Assembly: GCA_918797485.1 (NCBI GenBank)
Contig: CAKKNE010000004.1
Span: 4,154,001-4,218,000, forward strand
Source of the DNA: Pelagomonas calceolata
Lineage: Eukaryota
Reading direction: 5' to 3'
Length of the DNA: 64,000 nt
This document shows, piece by piece, positions 1 to 8,852 of the stretch. How positions within the stretch are numbered: position 1 is the stretch's first letter; every line of letters begins with the position of its first letter. Below the pieces are notes generated by a model that made no database searches, was not told the DNA's origin, and saw nothing but the letters and a program-made list of their open reading frames with translations. The translations under genes and the position numbers were made by a program.

Positions 1-387
1 TGAGGTGTCGCGCGCACGCGAGGTCTCGCGCGACGGGCCCTCGTCGGTCGCGCCCGACAGGTTCCGCAGCATCTCCTTCTTGGCGGCCTCGTAGCCCTTG
101 CGGTAGTCCTCACGCTCGGGCGTGGGCCGGGTGTCGCGGCCGCGAGGAGGAGGCGAGTCCGCGGGCGGAGCCATGCGCCGGCGCCGCGCGTCGCCCAGCG
201 GCGGGGGCGAGCGACGTTTGTTGCGTCTTCTCGTGTCGCCGTTCGGGTGGCGGTTCTCGCGCTCATAGTCATCGCGGCCCTTGCGGCTCCTATACTCCTG
301 GGAGGGGCTGTGCGATGGTGGAGGCGGCGCGCCGCGGCGCTCGCTCCGGTAGGTGGGGCGCTCGAGGTCGTTGTCAGGGTAGCCCAT
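1..387 (-). CDS. Partial Arg/Pro/Asp-rich hypothetical protein (5' end; runs off the window)
   Basis: Read by hand: ATG at 387 opens a frame MGYPDNDLERPTYRSERRG...EREDYRKGYEAAKKEMLRNLSG... with no stop before position 1. Divergent from the GT8 gene, with the promoter motif at 629-651 between them. Confidence 0.5.
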   Translation of the reverse strand, partial: MGYPDNDLERPTYRSERRGAPPPPSHSPSQEYRSRKGRDDYERENRHPNGDTRRRNKRRSPPPLGDARRRRMAPPADSPPPRGRDTRPTPEREDYRKGYEAAKKEMLRNLSGATDEGPSRETSRARDTS

Positions 388-628
388 GCTTCCTTGCGGT
401 GGGGCTGCCCGTGGTGCGTTGGTTGGTGGTGGGGGCTGCGCGCGGCGCCTTTGCGGCCCGTTGCACAGTCAGCGTCGGCTGTTTTTGCGTGTGCTCTCTG
501 CTACGAGGCGGTTAACACAACCGGCTTCGTGGATAACACACTAGGATCGAGCCGCACGCTTCCCTGCGGAAGCTCTGCAGGGTAATATATGCTTTGCCTC
601 GTCGTGCACACGGATGAGCGCTACGATA

Positions 629-651
629 GCTAGCGGCCGTAAGACACTAGC
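629..651 (+). promoter_or_regulatory. Recurrent CTAG-N13-CTAG intergenic motif
   Basis: gctagcggccgtaagacactagc, between divergent gene starts. Confidence 0.65.
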
Positions 652-828
652 GAGCTGGCAAAAGTCCATATCGAGGCGCCGCAAACTCCGCGCGCAGTGC
701 GGTTGAAACGCAGGTTAGCAGTTCGTCGCATTGCTTTGAAGCTGAGCGACAGCGTGAGGTAATCCGTAACGCAGCAGTGCTCCTCATAAATAGCGTCAAT
801 ATTTGCAGCACGCCGCGGCGGCCGTAAA

Positions 829-3732
829 ATGCGCGCAGTTCTCGCACTGCTATGCGCCGGCGCCGCTAGGGCGGACCTCTGCGCCCGCGGCCTCACCGCC
901 TCGCTCAACGACAAAAATATCTGCTGCCCGCGCATGTGCAAATATACAGGTATTGAAAACCAGGGCGGGACGTGCGACGAGCAGCAGTGCCAGCTGGGCA
1001 ACGACCGGTGCTGCCCCGCCCAGATCCTCAAAAGAAGAGTGCCCTGCGAGGCACCCGAGGACGTGGGCTGCGTCTTCGCGCAGAATCTTGATAAATTAAA
1101 TACGGCGAGGGCGGTCCGCGGCCTCGTCGGCCATTTTTGTAGGGAAGGCGTGCGCGGCACGTCTGGTCATAGGGCGACGTGCTGCCCGTCTTCCTGTACA
1201 AGGTGCGACGCGTGCCCCGGCGAGTGCTGCGGTTCGTTGTTTGAGAAGCAGTGCTCGACGCCTACTGACGTCAATTGCCAGGGTCCGAGACCGGAACTCG
1301 ATTTGACGGACTTCAAGGGCGCGCGCAAAGATGCTGAAGAAACTAAGGTAGATGTCGTCATCGCGGGCGACCGCGTCCAGGCGCTTGGGCTGATTGCCTG
1401 TGCCAAATCTTGTGTGGATTCGACGAGGAAACCGCACCGATTGCGGTTCCACCTCATCGTCGACCCGCCTTCCGTAAAAGTCATCGAAGAGGCCACGAAG
1501 TGTTCCGTACAAGGTTCGGGTGCGTCCGTCGCCGTCTACGGCTTCGAGTGGTCGAAGTACAAACGAAATCCGGAATTGACGATCAGCGCGCCCGTGAACA
1601 GTCGGAAGGGCAACCTCTCGGCGGAGGCGAACTTCGCGCGCTTCTATTTAACGGAGATGCTCCCTTCAGATGTGGAGAAGGTCGTGTACTTGGATGCCGA
1701 CACTGTAGTGAGAAAAGATGTGACCCATTTATATGATACCTCACTGACCCAAGCGACCTCGCAAAGCATGGCCGTGGCCGCGGTATCTAGAAGGTACAAG
1801 CCCATGTGCGGGTCGTGGCTGGCCTGTCGGAGCACGCAGGTCCAAAGTCTGTTAAGATCCCAGGGCATTAATGACCCCGCGGCGCAATTGGATACGTTCA
1901 ATGCTGGCGTGTTGGTCTTACACTTAAAAAGGTGGCGCGTGCTCGATTACACGCGGCGCATCGAGTTCTGGATGAAGTGGAATACGGACTTACGAGACCC
2001 TTGCACCAATTGGGGGTTGTATAAACTCGGTTCGAATCCGCCACTCATTCTCACTGTAAGGCAGGACTTCCAGCGACTCGATAATAGGTGGAATTGTCAA
2101 AGAGGACACGCGTGCTGGGATCGAGGTGATGCTGGACTCTTACATTGGTCCGGGGCGGCGAAGCCCTGGTATCTTGCCTTTGCGCGCGACAATCACGATT
2201 GGCGGCCTTTTCTACACGAGAAGTGCCTCGGGCCCTTCGCGTCGGATCTAGGTGTGACGCCGAAGATCGAAGGTGCGATGCAGACGAAGCGCAACGCCTG
2301 CAAGCCCAAGGTGACTGGTCCTAGACCGAATCGGACGGAATGTACCTCACCACATTGCTTCCGGAAGAATGCTGAGTTGAACAAAGACGACAGGGACAAG
2401 CTGTGGGAGGCCTACGAGCTCGGTCAAAAGTTAGACGAGCCCGGGACGGTCGTAGAAGGTGCGAGTGGGTTCCAGGACCGGCTCGACGCCGATTTAACAA
2501 GGCAGATAAACGCGTGGGCCCCGTTATCCTTATCATCATTCATGGAGACCTCGAGAAAGGAGCTGCGGGAGGCGGCGTCACTCTACAAGTGCGAGGCCGT
2601 GCTCTTCTGCGTCGTCGACGGCCAGGTCCACGTCGACAGCGAGAACCACGGCCCGTCGAAGCCGTGCGGCCGGGCGCCGGCCACGGCTCTGACGAAGTCC
2701 TTGGAGTTCCTCTCCATTGCCCTATCTACTTATAAGGGAGAGGGCTGCGCGGTGTTGTACGCGCCCGAGGACGTGAGCGACACTTCTGACGAGCCCTTTT
2801 CTATTCCCTTCGTCACGCACGCCCGGTCGCGTGCAGCGAGAGGTATCCTCGCGCCGGGCCCCGGCGACGAAATACTTGAGCTTCATACTCCTATCAAAGG
2901 TGAACGGCACATCCCGACAAAGTTTAAGATGGAAGTTTCGAATGCCGACCGCGTGCGCCGCTGGGGCGCCGCGCATTCATCATTAAAAGCGAGATTTGAG
3001 GTCGGCGACGCTAGGAGTCAGAAGAAGATCTGGTGGCGCGGGAGGATCGCGAAGCCCCTGGATTGTAGCGACGACGGCCAGTGGGCTAGATTACAAGCTG
3101 TGGCGCTGTCGATGTACAAGCCGTACTCCTACGACGTGCGCATGGAGCACGAGGTCAAGAAGATCGACCAGCGGGTTTGTTTGGACCGGGCGCCGCGGTC
3201 GCCGACGATCATACGATTCCTGCGGCGCATCTTCAAGATTGGCGCGGGGACGTCACGAGCCGCTCCGGTGCTCAAATGGGTGGCGGATTATAGGTATGTG
3301 TTACAGATTCAGAAGAGTGGAGGTTGTAGTGATGCGGCGCAAGATGCGGTGCTGTGGGGCGTCGGCGCCGTGGTGGTAAAATGGGAGCGGAACTGTGTGC
3401 GATGGTACGACGCTGCGGCGAAGCACGCGGCGACGCATCTCGACGTGAACGTTCGTACCGCTTCACCCATGGCCGACCAGCTCCAGAAGCACGACAAGAC
3501 CGCTTCCTTATTAGCGCGGAATGCGCGACTGTTCTATGATCAAGTTCTGACGCCGGAGATGGCGTCGAAGCGGTGGGCCGACGTCTTGAGTGGTTTTAAT
3601 GCGCGGTTTAATGGAGGCGGCTCCGTGCGCGCCGCCGTCTCGACCTTCGCGCGCTTCGACAGCGACCGGCCCTGGGCCGCGTTCGACGCGGCGACGGCCG
3701 ATGAATTGGACGCGATGGCGCGCCTGGGGTGA
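829..3732 (+). CDS. Secretory-pathway glycosyltransferase: Cys-rich N-terminus, GT8 (GAUT/GATL-like) domain and C-terminal GT90/CAP10-like domain
   Basis: Signal peptide MRAVLALLCAGAARA; CCP-type Cys repeats; GT8 motifs NFARFYL, KVVYLDADTVV (DxD), FNAGVLV, LYKLGSNPP, RWN, LLHWSGAAKPW. C-terminal KKIWWRG...DYRYVLQI...WY...LARNAR resembles GT90. Confidence 0.85.
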   Translation: MRAVLALLCAGAARADLCARGLTASLNDKNICCPRMCKYTGIENQGGTCDEQQCQLGNDRCCPAQILKRRVPCEAPEDVGCVFAQNLDKLNTARAVRGLVGHFCREGVRGTSGHRATCCPSSCTRCDACPGECCGSLFEKQCSTPTDVNCQGPRPELDLTDFKGARKDAEETKVDVVIAGDRVQALGLIACAKSCVDSTRKPHRLRFHLIVDPPSVKVIEEATKCSVQGSGASVAVYGFEWSKYKRNPELTISAPVNSRKGNLSAEANFARFYLTEMLPSDVEKVVYLDADTVVRKDVTHLYDTSLTQATSQSMAVAAVSRRYKPMCGSWLACRSTQVQSLLRSQGINDPAAQLDTFNAGVLVLHLKRWRVLDYTRRIEFWMKWNTDLRDPCTNWGLYKLGSNPPLILTVRQDFQRLDNRWNCQRGHACWDRGDAGLLHWSGAAKPWYLAFARDNHDWRPFLHEKCLGPFASDLGVTPKIEGAMQTKRNACKPKVTGPRPNRTECTSPHCFRKNAELNKDDRDKLWEAYELGQKLDEPGTVVEGASGFQDRLDADLTRQINAWAPLSLSSFMETSRKELREAASLYKCEAVLFCVVDGQVHVDSENHGPSKPCGRAPATALTKSLEFLSIALSTYKGEGCAVLYAPEDVSDTSDEPFSIPFVTHARSRAARGILAPGPGDEILELHTPIKGERHIPTKFKMEVSNADRVRRWGAAHSSLKARFEVGDARSQKKIWWRGRIAKPLDCSDDGQWARLQAVALSMYKPYSYDVRMEHEVKKIDQRVCLDRAPRSPTIIRFLRRIFKIGAGTSRAAPVLKWVADYRYVLQIQKSGGCSDAAQDAVLWGVGAVVVKWERNCVRWYDAAAKHAATHLDVNVRTASPMADQLQKHDKTASLLARNARLFYDQVLTPEMASKRWADVLSGFNARFNGGGSVRAAVSTFARFDSDRPWAAFDAATADELDAMARLG

Positions 3733-3751
3733 TTATTGTGTTTAAGTAGAA

Positions 3752-4852
3752 TTACTGTGTTACGAGTGCCGGCGGCAGGAAACTGCGATGGGTTCCGAGC
3801 CCGTCGTAGAGTGGCCGCGGCGCGTGCGCCTTCGCAAAGTCGATCTTCGAGAGATCGACGTCGCGCCAGGCATGGTCCGAGTACGTTCTCAACAAAAATC
3901 GTCGTTGCGCGGGGATCTTCACGACGGCCCAGTTCGTCCATTCGAGCCCATCCAATCCTCCCAGCGAGGCGATGGTGCCTCTAACGAGGTGAACCGTGTT
4001 CAGGAGCCCCTGGGCGACGACGATGGCGTCGTCGACGCTCGCGGCTGGGGCGTGAGCTTGAGCCATCTCGCGGAGCAGGAACATCTTCACGAATCGATCC
4101 GGTGGTGTCGTTCCGCCCGGAAGGCCTCGCGTGTTCAAGCCGTGGCCCGGAGGACCGCCGGGAACAGTTCCTACGGCCGTCTCGACCGATGTGAGACCCC
4201 ACGGCGCTTGGTTCCTCGTCGTAGGATACGCGGCGTATCCGTTCAGGTTGTGAAGATGCCACTCGTAATGCGGGTCGTTCGTCATGACGCCGATGCGACT
4301 GTTGTCGTGCATCGAGAGGCGGCCGTCAAGATACTCAATCACGGCGCTCGTGCCGCTCGCGTCGGCCACGGACCAGTGGCAGCGCCCGAAGAGCTTTGCG
4401 AAGAGCGGATTGTCTACCACGATAATGGCACGCAGCGCCGCTGCGACGTCAGCCACGGACGCGCAGCGCTGCAGTAAATACGCCGCCACCCTGTCGAACG
4501 TAACTGGTTGCGGCGCGGGCGTCGTGTGGTTCTCGTAGACCGACTGCTGCAGCGTCTGGACACTCACCGTAAAGCCTTTCTCGTTCATGCCTTCGACGAC
4601 GAAGGCGTCGGACGTGGCGCCGCCGAGCGCTGCCGAGATGGCCGCGTAGCCGAATCGCTTTTCGTCGCGCTGACTTGCCACGAGCGACCAGATCTCGTTC
4701 GAGGCGCGGTCCGGCAGCGGAATCCCGAGCTCCATCGTGCGTCCGATCACTGTGCCACCATCCGTTGAATTGACCACGACCGTGGTGCAGGCGTGCGTCC
4801 ATCGCAGCAGCAGGCCGCACCAGAGCACTGAGAGCAGGTAGCAGTGCCTCAT
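3752..4852 (-). CDS. Choloylglycine hydrolase / penicillin V acylase family Ntn-hydrolase (secreted)
   Basis: Signal peptide ending THA followed by catalytic Cys (CTTV...GRTME); EGMNEKG, HWSVADASG, GVMTNDP, GLPGG.TPPDRF motifs. Confidence 0.9.
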   Translation of the reverse strand: MRHCYLLSVLWCGLLLRWTHACTTVVVNSTDGGTVIGRTMELGIPLPDRASNEIWSLVASQRDEKRFGYAAISAALGGATSDAFVVEGMNEKGFTVSVQTLQQSVYENHTTPAPQPVTFDRVAAYLLQRCASVADVAAALRAIIVVDNPLFAKLFGRCHWSVADASGTSAVIEYLDGRLSMHDNSRIGVMTNDPHYEWHLHNLNGYAAYPTTRNQAPWGLTSVETAVGTVPGGPPGHGLNTRGLPGGTTPPDRFVKMFLLREMAQAHAPAASVDDAIVVAQGLLNTVHLVRGTIASLGGLDGLEWTNWAVVKIPAQRRFLLRTYSDHAWRDVDLSKIDFAKAHAPRPLYDGLGTHRSFLPPALVTQ

Positions 4853-4993
4853 TGTGATGCTGGTCTACAGGTCTTAAACGAGCGCGCGCAGGACTGATCG
4901 GCAGTGTCTCACAGCTGCAAATAAGTATTTCCGACGACAAATGATAAGCCTCAGCTCGCAAAAAAGCCAGAACTGAGAACTTCAGCGCTGCTT

Positions 4994-5015
4994 GCTAGCG
5001 TAGCAACACACTAGC
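4994..5015 (+). promoter_or_regulatory. Recurrent CTAG-N12-CTAG motif (divergent copy)
   Basis: gctagcgtagcaacacactagc, between divergent genes. Confidence 0.5.
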
Positions 5016-5257
5016 ACTGGTCGACACCAAGTCGACATGAAGCCAATGTGATAGAGCTCGCGCAGATTAAGCTCGCAAATATCATTACTTTTAACAAGCT
5101 CTCCTCATCCCACGATTCACCATGCGCCAATTTTGAACGCGTGGCTCGCGGTGGCTCAAGTCCAAAATTGGTCATCTCCAAGACCTGACGCGCGGCCGTC
5201 GACGCGGCGCCACGGCGTGACGCGTGACGCGTCGATCGTCGACGCGCGCCACAAAAA

Positions 5258-6124
5258 ATGAAGCGCCTCCTCAATCTCCTGGGCTACCTCGTGAGCGACC
5301 TCACACAAAACGAGCTCGCGGCGCGCGGCGCGTGCCGGTGCCACAAGTTCCGGAGCGGCGGCTTCGGCATGGAGTTGCACACCTACGGCCAGGCCCTCTG
5401 GAACGCGAAGAACGCCACGGGGGGAAACGCGTGCGTCGCCGTGTCCCGGAATTGGATCTGGGATCCGGACGAGACTTTATTTGATTTGCCGCGCGACAAG
5501 TCCTGTGCGAAGCACCTCGTGAGTTGGAAGGGCAAGCACGGTCCGAAAGGCTGGGGCGTCGACAAGCGGCTGCGGCGCGCCGCGACGACGCAGTACTTGA
5601 TGGCGCACATGAATTCATCGATCTACGCGGATGCAATGAAGACGGCGGCCTACCGCGCCTTCACGGGAAGCGCGAGGCGCGTCGTGAGCGTGCACGTGCG
5701 CTGGGGCGACAAGGGCCGCGAGATGGCGTTGAGGCCCATCGATGAATACGTCGAGGCAGTTAAAAATGTAACGAAGTACAGCGGCGAGGCCCTGGACGTG
5801 TTCCTGACGACGGAGGACGCCAAGGCCGTCGCCGCTTTTAGGAAGGCGGTGCCTCGCAATTGGAATGTCGTCGTCTACGAGGCGGCGGTGTCCTCCGACA
5901 AAGTCCTGTACGGCCGCCACGGGATGGCGGACCAGGCGCGGAACCACCGCGAGTCGGGCTACCACTCGCTGGTCGCGCTCGTGCTGGCCATGCAGGCCGA
6001 CGCGTTCGTGATCACGTCGGGCTCGAACTGGTCGCGGCTCATGGAGGAGCTCTGCCTCGGGCGCGACCTGGAGCCGCGCTGCGCGATGGTCGACGTGACG
6101 CCGTGGCGGCCGCACGACTGGTAG
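5258..6124 (+). CDS. Alpha-1,6-fucosyltransferase-like (GT23/NodZ/FUT8-type) protein
   Basis: VSVHVRWGDK (motif I), VFLTTED (motif II), ADAFVITSGSNWSRL (motif III). Confidence 0.8.
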   Translation: MKRLLNLLGYLVSDLTQNELAARGACRCHKFRSGGFGMELHTYGQALWNAKNATGGNACVAVSRNWIWDPDETLFDLPRDKSCAKHLVSWKGKHGPKGWGVDKRLRRAATTQYLMAHMNSSIYADAMKTAAYRAFTGSARRVVSVHVRWGDKGREMALRPIDEYVEAVKNVTKYSGEALDVFLTTEDAKAVAAFRKAVPRNWNVVVYEAAVSSDKVLYGRHGMADQARNHRESGYHSLVALVLAMQADAFVITSGSNWSRLMEELCLGRDLEPRCAMVDVTPWRPHDW

Positions 6125-6258
6125 TCGCGGCGATGGCGTCGAGGGGGTATACATTTCACTTAACAACGGCGTATGAGGGCCGGGGGCGGGGCGGGCGGGC
6201 GGTCACGCAGGGAGGCGTCGGTCGTGGTGGCTAGGAGCAAAGCAACAAAGCCACGCCT

Positions 6259-7371
6259 TCACCCGAGGCTCTCGCGCTCGCCCCCCGGCGGCGGGCACGG
6301 TTGGAGCGCCACGCGCACCTGCAGCGCTGCTCGCTCGCCCGCAAACAGCGCACCATAAACGTGCCCGTGCGCGGGCGCCGTCTCCGTGCCCGCGAAGAAT
6401 ATGCGCCCGTCGTGCGGCGCCTGGAGCAGCTCGTGGCCGTAGTCGCGCTCCGTGCCCGCCCGGTACGTCAGATCGTCCGTCATCCAGGCCTTGCACTCTA
6501 CACTAATAAGGTGCGCCTCGACGGCCTTCGCGCCGAAGGGCGGCCCGAGCGCGTCGACGACGACGCGGCGCAGGTTCTTCTGATCAATATCGACGCCCAC
6601 GCCCAGGCCCACCAACACCGTCGCGCCGTCCGTCTCCGGCGAGCAGGCCTCCCACCAGACTTGGAGCGGCCCCTTCGTGCAGACGACGCCCGACGCGTTC
6701 GCCTTCCGCCAGAACGGCTCGGAGAAGGTCGCCGCGACCTTGACCCAGTCGCCGCACCACGTCGCCGTCGCGCGCATCTTTGTCTTTCGCTCCTCGGATA
6801 GGGGCGGCTCGATCACGACGTCGTCGACGAAGACGCAGGGCGGCGCCGCGACGACGACGGCCCGGCACTGGATCGTTTCATCAATACGGTAGAAGCCGCG
6901 CGTGACGACCACTTCGTCGTCGTCCCCCTCGTCCGTGGCGTCCGGCGCCTCGCGGCGGATGGTGGCGACCTTGCGATCGAGGCGCACGTCGAGATTGGAT
7001 GCTAACTTTGAGGCGAGGGGCGCGTAGCCGCCCCGCCAGCGCGTCGCGCCCGGCCCGCACGGGATCTCGTCCTGCGCCTCGCTGCGCTGCGGCACGCTCT
7101 CGGCGCGCGTCGCCGCGCCGAGCGCCTTCACTTTATCTTCGCCCCAGGCCCAGCTGCCGCCGAGGTCGGCTCCTTCGGCGGTTGTGAGCACGCGGCCGCC
7201 GACGCGGTCCCGCGCTTCGAGCAGCACGACGTCGTAGTTGTGTTTGTGTAGTTGCGTCGCGCACCAGAGGCCCGAGAGGCCCGCGCCCACTATGACGACG
7301 TCGACGCGCTCAGTCTCGTCTGTTTTCGTCGGCGTTGCGAACTCGTCTTGTTCTTCTAGGACGCAGGCCAT
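6259..7371 (-). CDS. Flavin-containing monoamine oxidase family protein
   Basis: VVIVGAGLSG dinucleotide fold, LLEARDRVGGR, DLGGSW, C-terminal IFFAGTET...GHVYGALFAGERAA. Confidence 0.9.
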   Translation of the reverse strand: MACVLEEQDEFATPTKTDETERVDVVIVGAGLSGLWCATQLHKHNYDVVLLEARDRVGGRVLTTAEGADLGGSWAWGEDKVKALGAATRAESVPQRSEAQDEIPCGPGATRWRGGYAPLASKLASNLDVRLDRKVATIRREAPDATDEGDDDEVVVTRGFYRIDETIQCRAVVVAAPPCVFVDDVVIEPPLSEERKTKMRATATWCGDWVKVAATFSEPFWRKANASGVVCTKGPLQVWWEACSPETDGATVLVGLGVGVDIDQKNLRRVVVDALGPPFGAKAVEAHLISVECKAWMTDDLTYRAGTERDYGHELLQAPHDGRIFFAGTETAPAHGHVYGALFAGERAALQVRVALQPCPPPGGERESLG

Positions 7372-7541
7372 GGCTGCTTGGCTGGCTTTACTGCAGTGTC
7401 AGCGCAATCAATTAAAAAATTGAGTTGTGGCAGTACGGCGCGCACTCGTTAGATGACAAATCTACACCTGAGCCCAAACGCAGACCGCGGCGGTGCTGCT
7501 TTTTGGCCCAGCACTTTGGCAGCTACTTTGGCTGCTTCCTG

Positions 7542-7563
7542 GCTAGTGTCTTAGGCCGCTAGC
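7542..7563 (-). promoter_or_regulatory. Recurrent CTAG-N12-CTAG motif
   Basis: Reverse complement reads gctagcggcctaagacactagc; between divergent genes. Confidence 0.65.
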
Positions 7564-7836
7564 AGCGACGCCCGCCAGGGGTCTTCTGCTGGAAATAATC
7601 GCCTGGAGGAGAGCCTTCTGTTGTTCTGAGCGCTAAAAACAATTCGGTGGAGGCTCAGCTCCATGGGACGTCACCGCGAAGCTGCGCCCGCTTGTGCGAC
7701 GCACATTGGGTCTCATAGGCGTTGAGGAAGCGGATCGATACCTCTAAGTCCCACTTCATCGCTGCTCCAAGCGACGGCAACTGTCGACACATACAAGAAC
7801 ACTTTGGTGCACCCAGAGCCTGAGCCTGCATCAAAC

Positions 7837-8817
7837 ATGGCCGCGAGCGCAAGACTATTCCGTCAATTGGCCGTGCGAGCAACCGCCGCAACGGGCGCAA
7901 CCACGCTGCTCGCTGCGAATTGCGACGGCACAAAGCCGCCGGGCACGCGCGAGCTGAACCGGCTCCCGACGAAGACCGGCGAGGCGCCCAAGCTGCAGCG
8001 CCTCCCGTCAAAGGACGCCGACCTCCCCGAGCCGCCCTCCACACCCGCCTCCACGGCGTCGACGCGCCTCCACGGCCTCGTCGAGACGCGCGACGTCGAG
8101 GGCCTCCGGTCGTTGCTGCGCGACGGGCACGTGAACCTCGCGGCGCGGAACGGCGACGGCCTCACCGCCCTTTTAGTGGCGGCGCGGCTGCGGGAACACG
8201 AGGCGGCGGAGATTATTCGCCTCCTCACCGACGCCGGCGCCTCCGTCGACGACATCGACCGGTTGGGGCGGGGCGCGCTGCACCTGGCCGCGCTGGCCGG
8301 CAATCCGGCGACGACGCGCGTCCTGCTGCAGCGGGGCGCGGACCCGCGCCGCGTCGACGCGCGGCGAGGGGCCACGCCGGCGCATTACGCCGCCGCCTTT
8401 GCGCGCGTCGACGCGATGGCGATGCTCTGCGCGCACGACGCCAAGGCCGTGCGGGACGCGCGCGACCGATTAGGCCGGTCGCCGCTGCACTGGTCCGCAC
8501 TCTCGGCGCACCGGCCCTGGGCGTCGCAGGGCTCGCTGCGCGTCGCCGACGAATTGCTGGCGGCTGGGGCTTCACCCAGAGCCCGCGACCGGACGGGCGC
8601 GACGCCGGCCCACGCGGCTGCACGATTGGGAGCCGACGCGTGGCTGGACCAGCTCGCGAAGCGCGACACGGGCCTGCTCGACGAGCGGGACAACCGCGGC
8701 GTCTCGCCGCTCGACATGCTCGAGACGCGGTACCGGAAGACGCGTCTGCGCAGTCGCTTCGCGTTCGACAACTGGAGCTTGCAAATCCGACTCCCGCGGC
8801 CGTTCTCCCGTGACTAG
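7837..8817 (+). CDS. Ankyrin-repeat protein (possible mitochondrial presequence)
   Basis: Repeats GLTALLVAA, GRGALHLAA, GATPAHYAA, GRSPLHWSA, GATPAHAAA; first ATG at 7837. Confidence 0.85.
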   Translation: MAASARLFRQLAVRATAATGATTLLAANCDGTKPPGTRELNRLPTKTGEAPKLQRLPSKDADLPEPPSTPASTASTRLHGLVETRDVEGLRSLLRDGHVNLAARNGDGLTALLVAARLREHEAAEIIRLLTDAGASVDDIDRLGRGALHLAALAGNPATTRVLLQRGADPRRVDARRGATPAHYAAAFARVDAMAMLCAHDAKAVRDARDRLGRSPLHWSALSAHRPWASQGSLRVADELLAAGASPRARDRTGATPAHAAARLGADAWLDQLAKRDTGLLDERDNRGVSPLDMLETRYRKTRLRSRFAFDNWSLQIRLPRPFSRD

Positions 8818-8852
8818 TAACTAAAAGAATGTCTATAGTGAAAAACACTGCA

